A DNA stretch of 64,000 nt from Candidatus Omnitrophota bacterium (lineage in GTDB: Bacteria > Omnitrophota > Gorgyraeia > Aquiviventales > Aquiviventaceae), in assembly GCA_016193175.1 (NCBI GenBank), contig JACPSR010000142.1, forward strand, positions 118,332 through 182,331, written 5' to 3'. Below the pieces are notes generated by a model, which saw only the letters and a program-made list of their open reading frames with translations, was not told where the DNA came from and did no database searches. Shown here in pieces: positions 33,853-43,365 of the stretch. Numbering within the stretch: position 1 is the first letter of the stretch; each line of letters starts with the position of its first letter. Made by a program: the position numbers and the translations under genes.

Positions 33853-35600
33853 TGTGGATTCTCGGGATCAGCACAGGCTTTGCCCACGATCCCTCCGCGA
33901 CGTTGCTGCAGGATGGGCGCGTGGTGATGGCGGTCGAAGAGGAGCGCCTGGATCGCGTGAAATACGGCAAGGGGTTTCCCCACCGGGCGATCGCGCGCTG
34001 CCTGGAGCACGCCGGGATCGCGTGGTCCGATGTCTCGGCCGTGGGGTTGAATTTCCAGCCGTGGAAGATGTACGCGACCGACCTCGCCCTGAACCTCGGC
34101 GAGCTCGTGCGTCCCGGGGCGCTGAAGTACGCGGCGTTTAATGCGTGCTGGGCGGCGTACCCCTTCCTATCGACGTTGAGAGAGGTGGAGAAGATCAAGC
34201 GGGTGACGAGCGGTACTGCCCGCATTCGGTTCATCGACCACCATCTGTGCCACGCCGCCAGCAGCTTTCTCGTTTCCCCGTTTGATGAAGCCGCCATCCT
34301 GACGATGGATAATCGAGGCGAGCGGGTGTCCAGCACCTGGGGCGTTGGGCGAGGCGCGACGATTCAGCGGCTCGGCGAGGTGCGATTCCCCCACTCGTTA
34401 GGCCTGCTGTACCTGAGCGTGACGCTCTATCTGGGGTTTCGCTTCGGGGATGAGTATCAGGTGATGGGCCTGGCGGCCTACGGAGAACCCGCGTTCTCCG
34501 ACGTGTTTGCCGACCTCATCCGAACAGATGACGCCGGCGGCTTTACGCTCAACCGGTCGTATTTTACCTATCTGGGAGCCGAAGGGTTCTTCTCAGATAA
34601 ATGGCGTCGGGCGTTCGGGCCGCGGAGGATGCCGGGAGAGCCGATCACCAAACGGCATCAGGATATCGCCTGCAGCCTGCAGCGTCGGCTGGAAGAGGTC
34701 GTCCTGCACATGGCGCAGCGGCTCCATGCCGCCACGGGGGCGCGCAACCTGTGCCTGGCCGGCGGGGTGGCGTTCAACAGCGTGATGAATGGTGTGCTGT
34801 TGAAACGCTCCCCCTTTGAACGCGTGTTCGTCCAACCTGCTGCCGGTGATGCGGGGACGTCGCTCGGGGCGGCTCTCGTGATGCATGATCGCCAGGGGGG
34901 TCGGCCCCGGACCTGGCGCATGACGCACGCGCTGCTGGGGCCGGCGTTTAGCGAGGAGCAGATCGAAGAGGCCCTCACCGCCTCAAAGCTGTCCTATGAG
35001 CGATGCCCTGACATCGCCACGCGCGTCGCCGAATTGTTAGCTCAGGGACGGATCGTCGGGTGGGTGCAGGGGCCGATGGAGTGGGGACCGCGGGCGTTGG
35101 GCGCGCGGAGCATTCTGGCCGATCCGAGACAGCCTCACATGAAGGATCTCCTCAACGCCTGCGTCAAGCACCGCGAATCCTTCAGGCCGTTTGCGCCTGC
35201 CGTCGTGGAAGAGCGCGCGGCGGAGTACTTCGACTGCCCCCACCCCTCGCCGTTCATGCTGTTCGTGCATTCGGTGCGTGTCGAGAAGCGGCATGAGATT
35301 CCTGCGGTGACCCATGTGGACGGCACGGCTCGGGTGCAGACGGTTCGCCGGCAGGAGCAGCCGCTCTTTTGGCAGGTGATCAAGGCATTCGAAGCCATCA
35401 CGGGGGTGCCGGTCGTGCTCAACACGTCGTTCAATGTCGATGGCGAGCCGATCGTCTGCTCCCCCCTGGATGCCATTCGGTGCTTTTTTGGGTCGGGCAT
35501 CGATGATCTGGCGATCGGGCCGTTTCTGGTGTCGAAGCGCCAGCCGGCCCCCTGGTCGTCTCCAGAGCCGGTGAGTGCGCAGGATGTTGCCACGCGCTGA
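33852..35600 (+). CDS. Carbamoyltransferase (NodU/CmcH family)
   Basis: MWILGISTGFAHDPSATLLQDGRVVMAVEEERLDRVKY.., ..IDHHLCHAASSF.., ..NLCLAGGVAFNSVMNG.., ..VVLNTSFNVDGEPIVCSP.. TGATG overlap with the upstream stop. Confidence 0.9.
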   Translation: MWILGISTGFAHDPSATLLQDGRVVMAVEEERLDRVKYGKGFPHRAIARCLEHAGIAWSDVSAVGLNFQPWKMYATDLALNLGELVRPGALKYAAFNACWAAYPFLSTLREVEKIKRVTSGTARIRFIDHHLCHAASSFLVSPFDEAAILTMDNRGERVSSTWGVGRGATIQRLGEVRFPHSLGLLYLSVTLYLGFRFGDEYQVMGLAAYGEPAFSDVFADLIRTDDAGGFTLNRSYFTYLGAEGFFSDKWRRAFGPRRMPGEPITKRHQDIACSLQRRLEEVVLHMAQRLHAATGARNLCLAGGVAFNSVMNGVLLKRSPFERVFVQPAAGDAGTSLGAALVMHDRQGGRPRTWRMTHALLGPAFSEEQIEEALTASKLSYERCPDIATRVAELLAQGRIVGWVQGPMEWGPRALGARSILADPRQPHMKDLLNACVKHRESFRPFAPAVVEERAAEYFDCPHPSPFMLFVHSVRVEKRHEIPAVTHVDGTARVQTVRRQEQPLFWQVIKAFEAITGVPVVLNTSFNVDGEPIVCSPLDAIRCFFGSGIDDLAIGPFLVSKRQPAPWSSPEPVSAQDVATR

Positions 35601-37425
35601 TATTTTGTGCCTCTCGTCCATCGACTGGGATTTTATCTGGCAGGGCCACCAGGAGATCATGTCGGCCTTGGCGCGCCAGGGCAACCGGGTGCTGTTTGTC
35701 GAGAACACCGGGGTGCGCGCGCCGGGCTTGCGGGACCTGGCGCGGCTCATGCGTCGTCTGCTGAACTGGTGGAAAGGCACCAAAGGCTTCCGCCAAGTGC
35801 AGGAGAATCTTTTTGTGTACGCGCCCATCCTGCTGCCGTTTCCGTATTCGAGCCTGGCGCGATGGGTGAACCGGCGCCTGCTCCTCGGAGCCCTGCATCG
35901 GTGGATGCAGGCGACGGGGTTTCGCCACCCCATCCTCTGGACCTTCCTGCCGACGCCGCTCATCCATGGGCTCATCCGGGACGTCGAGCCGGCGCTGACA
36001 GTGTACTACTGCATCGATGATTTCGCGTCGAGTTCTCCGCAGGCGAGGCGGATCAGCCGCAGCGAAGCGAAGCTCTTCCGTGAAGCCGGCCTCGTGTTTA
36101 CGACGTCGGAGAAGCTGCGGGAACGGGCCGCTCGCTTCACGACGCGCGTGCACCTGTTTCCCTTCGGGGTGGACTTCGAGACGTTCGAGCGGATCCGCAA
36201 GAGCCCTGATGAGATTCCAGAGGAGCTGCGAGCGCTTCCGCGTCCGGTGGTGGGGTATATCGGCGGAATTCACCAATGGGTGGATCAGGAGCTGTTGTCA
36301 GCCGCAGCCGCTCGGATGCCCCAGGTCAGTTTCGTCCTCATGGGGCCGCCGCAGACCGACGTCTCCCGTTTGGCGCGGCATGCGAATATCCATCTCTTGC
36401 CGGCCAGACCGCACGCCCATGTGCCGCGCTATATCAAGGGGTTTGATGTCGGCATCATCACCTACCGGCTCTGCGAGTACACCGCCCATGTCTACCCGAC
36501 CAAGCTCAACGAGTATCTGGCGATGGGGATTCCGGTCGTGGCCACCGATCTGTCGGAAATCTCCCGGTTTAACGCCGGACATCACGGCGCCGTGGCGATT
36601 GTCCGCAATCTTGATGAGTTCGTTGGGGCGCTGCAAGAGGCGTTTCAGAGCAGACCACCTGAGGTCATCGCGCGACGGATCGAGATTGCCCGACAGAATA
36701 GCTGGAGCGCCCGCATTGCTCAGATGTCCGCGCTGATCGATGAACAGCTCAGGACCCGCCGGGATGCGGGGCTCCAGTGGGACACCTCGCTTCGCCGGCT
36801 CTATCGGAGCGCTCGTCGACGGGTCGTCCGGCTCGCCTTCGGACTCGCCGCGGCCTACCTCGTGTTGTTTCACAGCTCGTTCATCTGGTGGGTCGCCGAG
36901 CCCCTCCGCATGGTCGGCTCACCGCAATCAGCGGACGCCATCGTGGTGTTCGCTGGTGGAGTGGGTGAATCGGGAGAGGCGGGTGGGGGCTACCAGGAGC
37001 GAGTCAAACAAGCGGTTGATCTGTATCAGCAAGGTCTAGCTCCGCGCATGATTTTCTCCTCCGGCTATACCTTTGTCTTTCGCGAGGCGGAAGTGATGAA
37101 GGAGCTGGCGATCAATCATGGCGTGCCCGCCTCAGCCGTCCTGCTGGAGACGAAGGCTGCCAATACGTATGAGAATATCACGTTCGTCGCCAAGATCCTT
37201 CGCCAGGAACGCTGGCGCTCTATTCTTCTGGTCAGCGCTCCCTACCACATGCGTCGAGCCATCCTGACGTGGCGTAAAACGGCTCCCGATATTTCCGTCG
37301 TGCCTCTGCCGGTGCCTGCGAGCCAGTTCTACCGGCACGGCCGGGGAGCGAGCATCGGGCAGATTGGCGGGATCATGCATGAGTATGTGGCCATTCTGGC
37401 CTACTGGTGGAGAGGATGGATCTGA
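35584..37425 (+). CDS. Fusion of a TuaH-like GT1 glycosyltransferase with a DUF218 (YdcF/ElyC/SanA-like) domain
   Basis: N-terminus: ..[37 protein letters not shown].. and ..[20 protein letters not shown].. A TM segment (..[21 protein letters not shown]..) follows. DUF218 part: ..[13 protein letters not shown]..., ..MIFSSGY.., ..[13 protein letters not shown].., ..[12 protein letters not shown].. Confidence 0.75.
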   Translation: MLPRADILCLSSIDWDFIWQGHQEIMSALARQGNRVLFVENTGVRAPGLRDLARLMRRLLNWWKGTKGFRQVQENLFVYAPILLPFPYSSLARWVNRRLLLGALHRWMQATGFRHPILWTFLPTPLIHGLIRDVEPALTVYYCIDDFASSSPQARRISRSEAKLFREAGLVFTTSEKLRERAARFTTRVHLFPFGVDFETFERIRKSPDEIPEELRALPRPVVGYIGGIHQWVDQELLSAAAARMPQVSFVLMGPPQTDVSRLARHANIHLLPARPHAHVPRYIKGFDVGIITYRLCEYTAHVYPTKLNEYLAMGIPVVATDLSEISRFNAGHHGAVAIVRNLDEFVGALQEAFQSRPPEVIARRIEIARQNSWSARIAQMSALIDEQLRTRRDAGLQWDTSLRRLYRSARRRVVRLAFGLAAAYLVLFHSSFIWWVAEPLRMVGSPQSADAIVVFAGGVGESGEAGGGYQERVKQAVDLYQQGLAPRMIFSSGYTFVFREAEVMKELAINHGVPASAVLLETKAANTYENITFVAKILRQERWRSILLVSAPYHMRRAILTWRKTAPDISVVPLPVPASQFYRHGRGASIGQIGGIMHEYVAILAYWWRGWI

Positions 37426-37454
37426 TCGCCATCAAGGCGCCACACGGAGTCGCG

Positions 37455-38204
37455 ATGACCGGCCGTGCGAAAGTCGTCGCCGTCATGCCGGCTTACAACG
37501 CCGCCGCGACGCTCCAGCAAACCTGCGCGGACCTTCCGCCGGCCGCCGTGGATGAAGTGATCGTGGTGGATGACGGCAGCCGGGATCGGACGGTGGAGAT
37601 CGCGCGGTCGCTTGGCTTGACCGTCATCGTCCATCCCGAGAATCGCGGCTACGGCGCGAACCAGAAGACGTGTTACGACGAGGCGTTGCGTCGGGGCGCG
37701 GACATCATCGTGATGATCCATCCGGACTATCAGTATGACAGCCGCCTGGTTCCGTTGCTGACCGGCTTCATCGAAGCCGGTGTCTGCGACATCGTGCTCG
37801 GCAACCGGATCCGGACGCGCCGCGAGGCGCTGGCGAACGGGATGCCGTGGTGGAAGTACCTGGCCAACCGTGCCTTGACCCTCCTCGAGAACGTCGTGCT
37901 GGGGCAGAACCTGGGCGAGTTCCATTCCGGGTTTCGCGCCTACAGTCGCCGCGTCCTGGAAACGATCCCGTACCACCGCAACTCGGACGACTTCGTGTTC
38001 GACCAGCAGCTCCTCGTTCAGGCGGTCCACTGTGGCTTCCGGCTCGGCGACGTCCCGGTTCCGGTTCGGTACATGCCGGAGGCCTCCTCGATCAACTTCC
38101 GTCGCAGCGTCACCTATGGGGTGCAGACGCTGATGACGCTCCTGAGGTGGGTCATCCACCGAATGGGCTTGAGGCGGGACCCGTTGTTCGTCCCGAAGGC
38201 CTGA
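37455..38204 (+). CDS. GT2 polyprenyl-phosphate glycosyltransferase (Dpm1/ArnC-like), copy 1
   Basis: GGAG lies 6 nt upstream of ATG 37455 (alternative start ATG 37407). ..[14 protein letters not shown].., ..[12 protein letters not shown].., ..[10 protein letters not shown].., ..MIHPDYQYD.. Confidence 0.8.
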   Translation: MTGRAKVVAVMPAYNAAATLQQTCADLPPAAVDEVIVVDDGSRDRTVEIARSLGLTVIVHPENRGYGANQKTCYDEALRRGADIIVMIHPDYQYDSRLVPLLTGFIEAGVCDIVLGNRIRTRREALANGMPWWKYLANRALTLLENVVLGQNLGEFHSGFRAYSRRVLETIPYHRNSDDFVFDQQLLVQAVHCGFRLGDVPVPVRYMPEASSINFRRSVTYGVQTLMTLLRWVIHRMGLRRDPLFVPKA

Positions 38205-39061
38205 TGGTGAAGCCTCAGCACGTCTCGGTGGTGATCCCAGCCCATAACGAAGCGCGGACGATCGGCGCTGTGGTGTCCCGTCTGCGTCAAGCGCATCCAG
38301 AGCTCGCGGAAATCATCGTGGTGGATGACGGCTCCAGCGACCAGACCGCCGCGGCAGCTCAGGTCGCAGGGGCGACCGTCGTCCGTCACCAGGCCACTCA
38401 CGGTTACGGGGCCTCGATCAAGTCCGGGATCCGAACTGCCCAAGGGGTGTTCATCCTCACGCTGGACGGCGATGGGCAACATCAGGTGACCGACCTCACG
38501 AAGTTCTTCGAGCTGTCAGAGCACGTCGACCTCGCGGCCGGACGCCGGGTGCGATGGCTCCACAGCGCCCCCTGGCGGTTGCCAGGGAAGTGGCTGCTGA
38601 GGCGACTGAGCAGCTACCTGGTCCAACAGCGGATTCCAGATCTCAACTGCGGATTACGGTTGTATCGCCGCGAGGCGATCCTCCGGTATCTCCCCCTGTG
38701 CTCGGACGGGTATTCCTTCACTGGGACGAGCCTCGTGCTCTTCCTCCACCGGGGCTACCGCGTCACGTTCGTCCCGGTGGATGTCCAACCCAACTCCTCC
38801 CAGGGACGGGTCACCGTCCGCACCGGATTCGACGTGTTCCTATTGCTGTTGCGGATGGCCACGCTGCTGGACCCCTTGCGGGTGTTCGTACCCCTCAGCG
38901 CGGTCATCGCCCTCTTGGGGATCGCTTGGGGAGCGCCCTATGTCGTGGCGGGCCGCGGGATCAGCGTGGGGGCGCTCCTCCTCCTCCTGACGTCACTGTT
39001 GCTTTTCGCCGTGGGGTTGCTCTCCGACCAGATCGCACAGCTCCGTAAGGAGCGGCTCTAA
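38204..39061 (+). CDS. GT2 polyprenyl-phosphate glycosyltransferase with C-terminal TM helices (GtrB/ArnC-like), copy 2
   Basis: [24 protein letters not shown].., ..IIVVDDGSSDQT.., ..ATHGYGASIK.., ..LDGDGQH.. C-terminus: ..VFLLLLRMATLL.. and ..LLLLLTSLLLFAVGLLSDQIAQLRKE. TGATG overlap with the upstream stop. Confidence 0.85.
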   Translation: MVKPQHVSVVIPAHNEARTIGAVVSRLRQAHPELAEIIVVDDGSSDQTAAAAQVAGATVVRHQATHGYGASIKSGIRTAQGVFILTLDGDGQHQVTDLTKFFELSEHVDLAAGRRVRWLHSAPWRLPGKWLLRRLSSYLVQQRIPDLNCGLRLYRREAILRYLPLCSDGYSFTGTSLVLFLHRGYRVTFVPVDVQPNSSQGRVTVRTGFDVFLLLLRMATLLDPLRVFVPLSAVIALLGIAWGAPYVVAGRGISVGALLLLLTSLLLFAVGLLSDQIAQLRKERL

Positions 39062-39064
39062 CCC

Positions 39065-40942
39065 ATGTGCGGGATCGCCGGACTCTTCCAGTTTTCTGGC
39101 ATGCCGGTGTCGCAGGCCGTCATTGAACGGATGACGCGCACCCTGGCACATCGTGGTCCCGACGGGGAAGGCTGGCATGTCGAGGGGCCGATCGGCCTGG
39201 GCCATCGCCGGTTGGCGGTGTTGGACCTCAGCGAAGCGGGCGCGCAGCCAATGGCCAGCGCTGACGGACAGCTGTGGGTGACGTACAACGGGGAGCTCTA
39301 CAACTTTCAGGATCTCCGCGCCGAGCTGGCTGCCACGGGATACCCGTTCCGCTCCCGCACGGATACTGAGGTGATCCTGGCGGCGTATCAGGCCTGGGGT
39401 CCGGCGTGTCTGGAGCGATTCAACGGGATGTTCGCCTTCGCCCTCTGGGATGTCCGACATCAGCAGCTCTGGCTCGTGCGCGATCGCCTGGGCGTCAAAC
39501 CGCTCTTCTATACGCTCCAGCCGGGGTTCCTCGCGTTCGCCTCGGAAATCAAGGGGATCCTTCCCGTCTGCTCCGCGCCGCCGGCGCTGAACGAGGAAGC
39601 ACTCCACCACTTCCTCTCATTGAACTACACGCCGGCGCCGCTCACGTTGTTCCGGGGGATCCTCCAGTTGCCCCCGGGACATCACCTCACGTGTCGGCGG
39701 GATGGCACGACGCAGCTAACGTCGTACTGGGACCTCCAGCCGAGGGCTGCGACTAGCGCAGACCCTGCCGCGCATCTTGCCGAACTCCTCTCGGATGCCG
39801 TGCGGCTGCGGCTCGTCAGCGACGTCGAGGTGGGGGCGTTCCTGAGCGGTGGGCTGGACTCCAGTGCCGTCGTGGCGTGGATGCAGCGTCACGTCCCTCA
39901 GCGGGTGAAGACCTTCACCGCGACCTTTCGAGAACCGTCCTATGATGAAGGGGCCTACGCCAGACAGGTCGCGGCGGCGCTGGGGACCGAGCACGACGAG
40001 CAGGTCGTGGAGGACGGTGATCTCGACCTGCTCCCGCAGCTGGTCTGGCACAGTGAAGAGCTGACCGCGGACTCCTCGATGCTGGCTCTCTATCGCCTCG
40101 CCCAGCGCGCACGCCAGAAGGTCAAAGTCGTCCTCACAGGTGATGGAGCCGATGAGCTCTTCGGCGGTTATTCGACGTATCTGGCGACGCGTGTTGCTCA
40201 GGCCTATCGGTGGGTCCCTCGTCCGGTCCGTGAATGGGTCGTACGGCCGCTCGTGAACGCCCTCCCCCCCTCGACGAGCAAGGCCAGTGTGGAGTCGCAG
40301 TTGCGCCGCTTCGTCAACGGGGATATAAGCAACATGGCCCACGCCCACGCCTCGTGGCGCGTCATCTTCACCGAGGAGGAGAAACGGACGCTGGCCAAAT
40401 CCCCTGGCGACTGGCCGCCGACAGCGAGGCTCTACGAGCCGTTCCTCGCCCAGGCCAACGGCGTGGATCTCATCAATCGGCTCCTCGACGCGGATCTACG
40501 GTTCTACCTGCCCAATGACATGCTGGTCAAAGTGGACCGCATGACGATGGCGTGGGGCCTAGAGGCGCGGACCCCTTACTTGGACTACCGGCTGGTGGAA
40601 TTTGCCGCCTCGCTCCCCTCGAGGATCAAACGGGGCAGAGGATATTCGGGCAAGCAGCTGCTTCGGCAGGCGACCGTCGGGCTGCTTCCCGAGCCGATTC
40701 GGCGCCGGTCGAAAGCGGGGTTCAACATCCCCGCGTCCCAGTGGCTCAGGGCGGGGCGACGCGCGTTTGTCGAGCAACATCTGCTGGACACGCGGCCCTC
40801 CCTGTTGACCATCTTTGAGCGGCGCGAACTCGAACGGGTGATCCGTCGGCATTTCTCGGGACAAGAAGACGGGTCGCATAAACTCTGGGGTCTCCTGTGT
40901 TTTTCGCTGTGGTCCCAGCGATTCCTGGATGGCCAGCCATGA
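39065..40942 (+). CDS. asnB: Asparagine synthase (glutamine-hydrolysing) family amidotransferase, copy 2
   Basis: MCGIAGLFQF.. (Cys2 nucleophile), ..AFLSGGLDSS.., 625 aa. Confidence 0.9.
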   Translation: MCGIAGLFQFSGMPVSQAVIERMTRTLAHRGPDGEGWHVEGPIGLGHRRLAVLDLSEAGAQPMASADGQLWVTYNGELYNFQDLRAELAATGYPFRSRTDTEVILAAYQAWGPACLERFNGMFAFALWDVRHQQLWLVRDRLGVKPLFYTLQPGFLAFASEIKGILPVCSAPPALNEEALHHFLSLNYTPAPLTLFRGILQLPPGHHLTCRRDGTTQLTSYWDLQPRAATSADPAAHLAELLSDAVRLRLVSDVEVGAFLSGGLDSSAVVAWMQRHVPQRVKTFTATFREPSYDEGAYARQVAAALGTEHDEQVVEDGDLDLLPQLVWHSEELTADSSMLALYRLAQRARQKVKVVLTGDGADELFGGYSTYLATRVAQAYRWVPRPVREWVVRPLVNALPPSTSKASVESQLRRFVNGDISNMAHAHASWRVIFTEEEKRTLAKSPGDWPPTARLYEPFLAQANGVDLINRLLDADLRFYLPNDMLVKVDRMTMAWGLEARTPYLDYRLVEFAASLPSRIKRGRGYSGKQLLRQATVGLLPEPIRRRSKAGFNIPASQWLRAGRRAFVEQHLLDTRPSLLTIFERRELERVIRRHFSGQEDGSHKLWGLLCFSLWSQRFLDGQP

Positions 40943-42087
40943 TGCTGCTGCTCGTTGGGATCACGGGGGTCAAACTCCTCGTGGCGTCCCTGTGGGGGAC
41001 CACCGCGGACATTCCCCAAACGCTGGAGCAAGCGCAGTCGTTCCTGGCCGGGGAAGATGTGTTGAATCCCGCCAGCACCGGGGGCAACCCGTCGTTCTTC
41101 CCGCTTGGACACTACCTTCTGGCGTCCTGGTGTCTGTTGGCGTCCCAGTGGACCGGGCTCTCCTTCGCATTTCTCATCAAGGCGCCGGCCATTCTGGCGG
41201 ACCTTCTCGTCGCCCTCCTGCTACGCCTGGTGCCGCGGGGAGGAGACCAGGCGGCCTTCCTCTATCTGGTGAACCCGGTGACGTTCCTCCTCTCGGTCTA
41301 CCACGGCCAGCTCCACACGGTCGCCATGGCCGCGGCCGTGCTGGCCCTCTGGCTTGACGCGCGGCACAGCCGATGGCTTGTGGGACTGGCGCTGGGGATG
41401 GCGGCGGGCATCCGGCAGCACTTCGGGGTGCTGATCGTGCCGTTCTTGCTGCGGCGGGACACGCGCCGATGGGTGATCGCGTTGAGCTTCGGGTCCATGG
41501 TGGGGCTGATGAACGTGTGGTTCTTGACGAGCGCCTCTCCCGAACGGCTCCTCGCGCCGACCTGGACGTACGGCTCGTGGGGCTATACGATGCTGCTCCT
41601 GCAAGGCCCCCGCGTCTTGGCGGCACTCGGGTTTCACGGGCTCACGAACGCGCTGGCGCAGGTGAACGCGCTCCTCCGCGCCGTTGGGCCGGCGATCTAT
41701 TGGGTCTGGACCATCGGATTCCTCTGCTGGGTGTGGCGACGGTCGCATCGGACAGGGATTCATCCCTGGGAGGCCGCCTTGCTCTTCCTGGTCGGACTCT
41801 ACACGGTGAGCCCGGGGTTTGGCGTCCAGTGGCTGGTCTGGGCGATCCCGTTTTGGCTGGTGGTGAATCGCCTGGAGGCGATGGGCTACTGTGCGCTGGC
41901 CGGAGCGTTTCTCATCGGCTCCTATTGGCAGTGGAGCCTCAATGCGCACTACGGTGGCGGCGCGCTCACGACGAAACTCCACCTGCTCACGAAGGTCCAC
42001 CTAGCCGGCGTCATCTTGGTGGGCGCAGCAGGGGTGGCGACATGGCTCTATGCGGCGAGGACCACGTGGCGGCTGTGGCGGACATGA
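40939..42087 (+). CDS. Polytopic membrane protein, GT-C-like (DUF2029/GT87-like)
   Basis: About 10 hydrophobic helices. ATGA overlaps at both ends. No soluble domain. The family assignment is by general architecture only. Confidence 0.45.
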   Translation: MMLLLVGITGVKLLVASLWGTTADIPQTLEQAQSFLAGEDVLNPASTGGNPSFFPLGHYLLASWCLLASQWTGLSFAFLIKAPAILADLLVALLLRLVPRGGDQAAFLYLVNPVTFLLSVYHGQLHTVAMAAAVLALWLDARHSRWLVGLALGMAAGIRQHFGVLIVPFLLRRDTRRWVIALSFGSMVGLMNVWFLTSASPERLLAPTWTYGSWGYTMLLLQGPRVLAALGFHGLTNALAQVNALLRAVGPAIYWVWTIGFLCWVWRRSHRTGIHPWEAALLFLVGLYTVSPGFGVQWLVWAIPFWLVVNRLEAMGYCALAGAFLIGSYWQWSLNAHYGGGALTTKLHLLTKVHLAGVILVGAAGVATWLYAARTTWRLWRT

Positions 42088-43355
42088 AACCCTGGGTTGG
42101 GATCATCCTGGCAGGGGTGGTGGCGCGGGTCGTGGTTATCGCGCTGTGCGGCGGGCTCCACCCGCAAGCGCTTGAGCCGTCCGTCATCGCGGCCAACCTC
42201 AATGCGGGGCGCGGGTTCACCTTTGAGCAATACGGCGCCGTCTACCACGCCTGGAAGGAACCGTTGTACATCGGGCTCTTGGCGATCCTGACGCGGTGGT
42301 TTGGAGAGCACCCGCTGCCATTACTGCTGTTTCAGGGGATGTTTGGGGTCGCTACGGCGGTGGGCGTGGCGATCGTTGCCCGCCGGATCCTTGGCGATGC
42401 CACCAAGGCGACCGTCGCCGGTGTCATCGCCTCGGCCAACCCGTTTCTGGTGTTCTATGATACACAGCGCATCCACCCCTTGAGCATGGACGCCTTCCTC
42501 TTTATTGCAACGACCGGCGCGGTGCTCGTGGCGGTCATGGGGCAGGGCGCTCGATGGCGCCAAAGCCTGGTGGCGGGGCTCGTGACAGGCCTGGCGCTGT
42601 GGCAACGGGCAACGTTGTTGGCCGCGGCGGCGATGTCGTGGTGTGCGGCTGTTATTCGCGCACCAGCCCCCCATCGCGCGCGGCGGGCGCTCTCGGCGGG
42701 TTGTTCGCTCATCCTCGCCCTCTTGGTCGTGTCTCCATGGCTCATCAGGAATTATCGCGTGCTGGGGCGATGGGCCGTCACGACGGATGCCGCGCACGTG
42801 TTCTGGCTGGGAAACAACCCCTGGTCCAACGGCACGTACTCCGATGACAAGGGCAGGCGTGTGTTCTATGTTGCGGACGAGGCGTTCCAACGGCATATTC
42901 TGGGGGCATCGGAGCTTGAACAGTACGATCGGTTCCGTGAGGCGGCGGGGCAGTTCATCGTCCAACAGCCTGCCCGATTCGCCGGGCTGGTCCTTGGGCG
43001 GCTCAAGACGTTTTTTTGGTTCTCCCCCAATTCAGGCCTCCTCTACACGACAGAACAAAAACTGATCTACCAGATTGCCTATGTCGGCCTGCTCAGCCTT
43101 GGGCTTGTGGGGCTGGCGGGGTTTTGGACACGGGCCACCGAATCCAGGCGTTACGAAGCTGGGGTGATCATTGCCGGGGTCCTGGGGTTAGCAGCCGCGC
43201 ACAGCGTGATCGTGATGAACTTGAAACACCGGGTCCCGCTGGAACTTGTGTTGGCGATCTTTGCAGCGGAGGGCCTTGTGCGCGGTCTCACCGTGCTCCG
43301 GGCGTGGGGAAAAGCTGTCAATGCTAAAGACGAAAGGCCGGCCGGCGAGAAGTAA
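42084..43355 (+). CDS. Polytopic membrane glycosyltransferase, GT-C (ArnT/PMT, GT39/83-like)
   Basis: MKPWVGIILAGVVARVVVIAL.., first-loop segment ..GRGFTFEQYGAVYHAWKEPLYIGLLAIL.., about 11 helices. The upstream 237 codons of the track ORF are an artefact over the preceding gene. Confidence 0.6.
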   Translation: MKPWVGIILAGVVARVVVIALCGGLHPQALEPSVIAANLNAGRGFTFEQYGAVYHAWKEPLYIGLLAILTRWFGEHPLPLLLFQGMFGVATAVGVAIVARRILGDATKATVAGVIASANPFLVFYDTQRIHPLSMDAFLFIATTGAVLVAVMGQGARWRQSLVAGLVTGLALWQRATLLAAAAMSWCAAVIRAPAPHRARRALSAGCSLILALLVVSPWLIRNYRVLGRWAVTTDAAHVFWLGNNPWSNGTYSDDKGRRVFYVADEAFQRHILGASELEQYDRFREAAGQFIVQQPARFAGLVLGRLKTFFWFSPNSGLLYTTEQKLIYQIAYVGLLSLGLVGLAGFWTRATESRRYEAGVIIAGVLGLAAAHSVIVMNLKHRVPLELVLAIFAAEGLVRGLTVLRAWGKAVNAKDERPAGEK

Positions 43356-43365
43356 GCGGACGACG

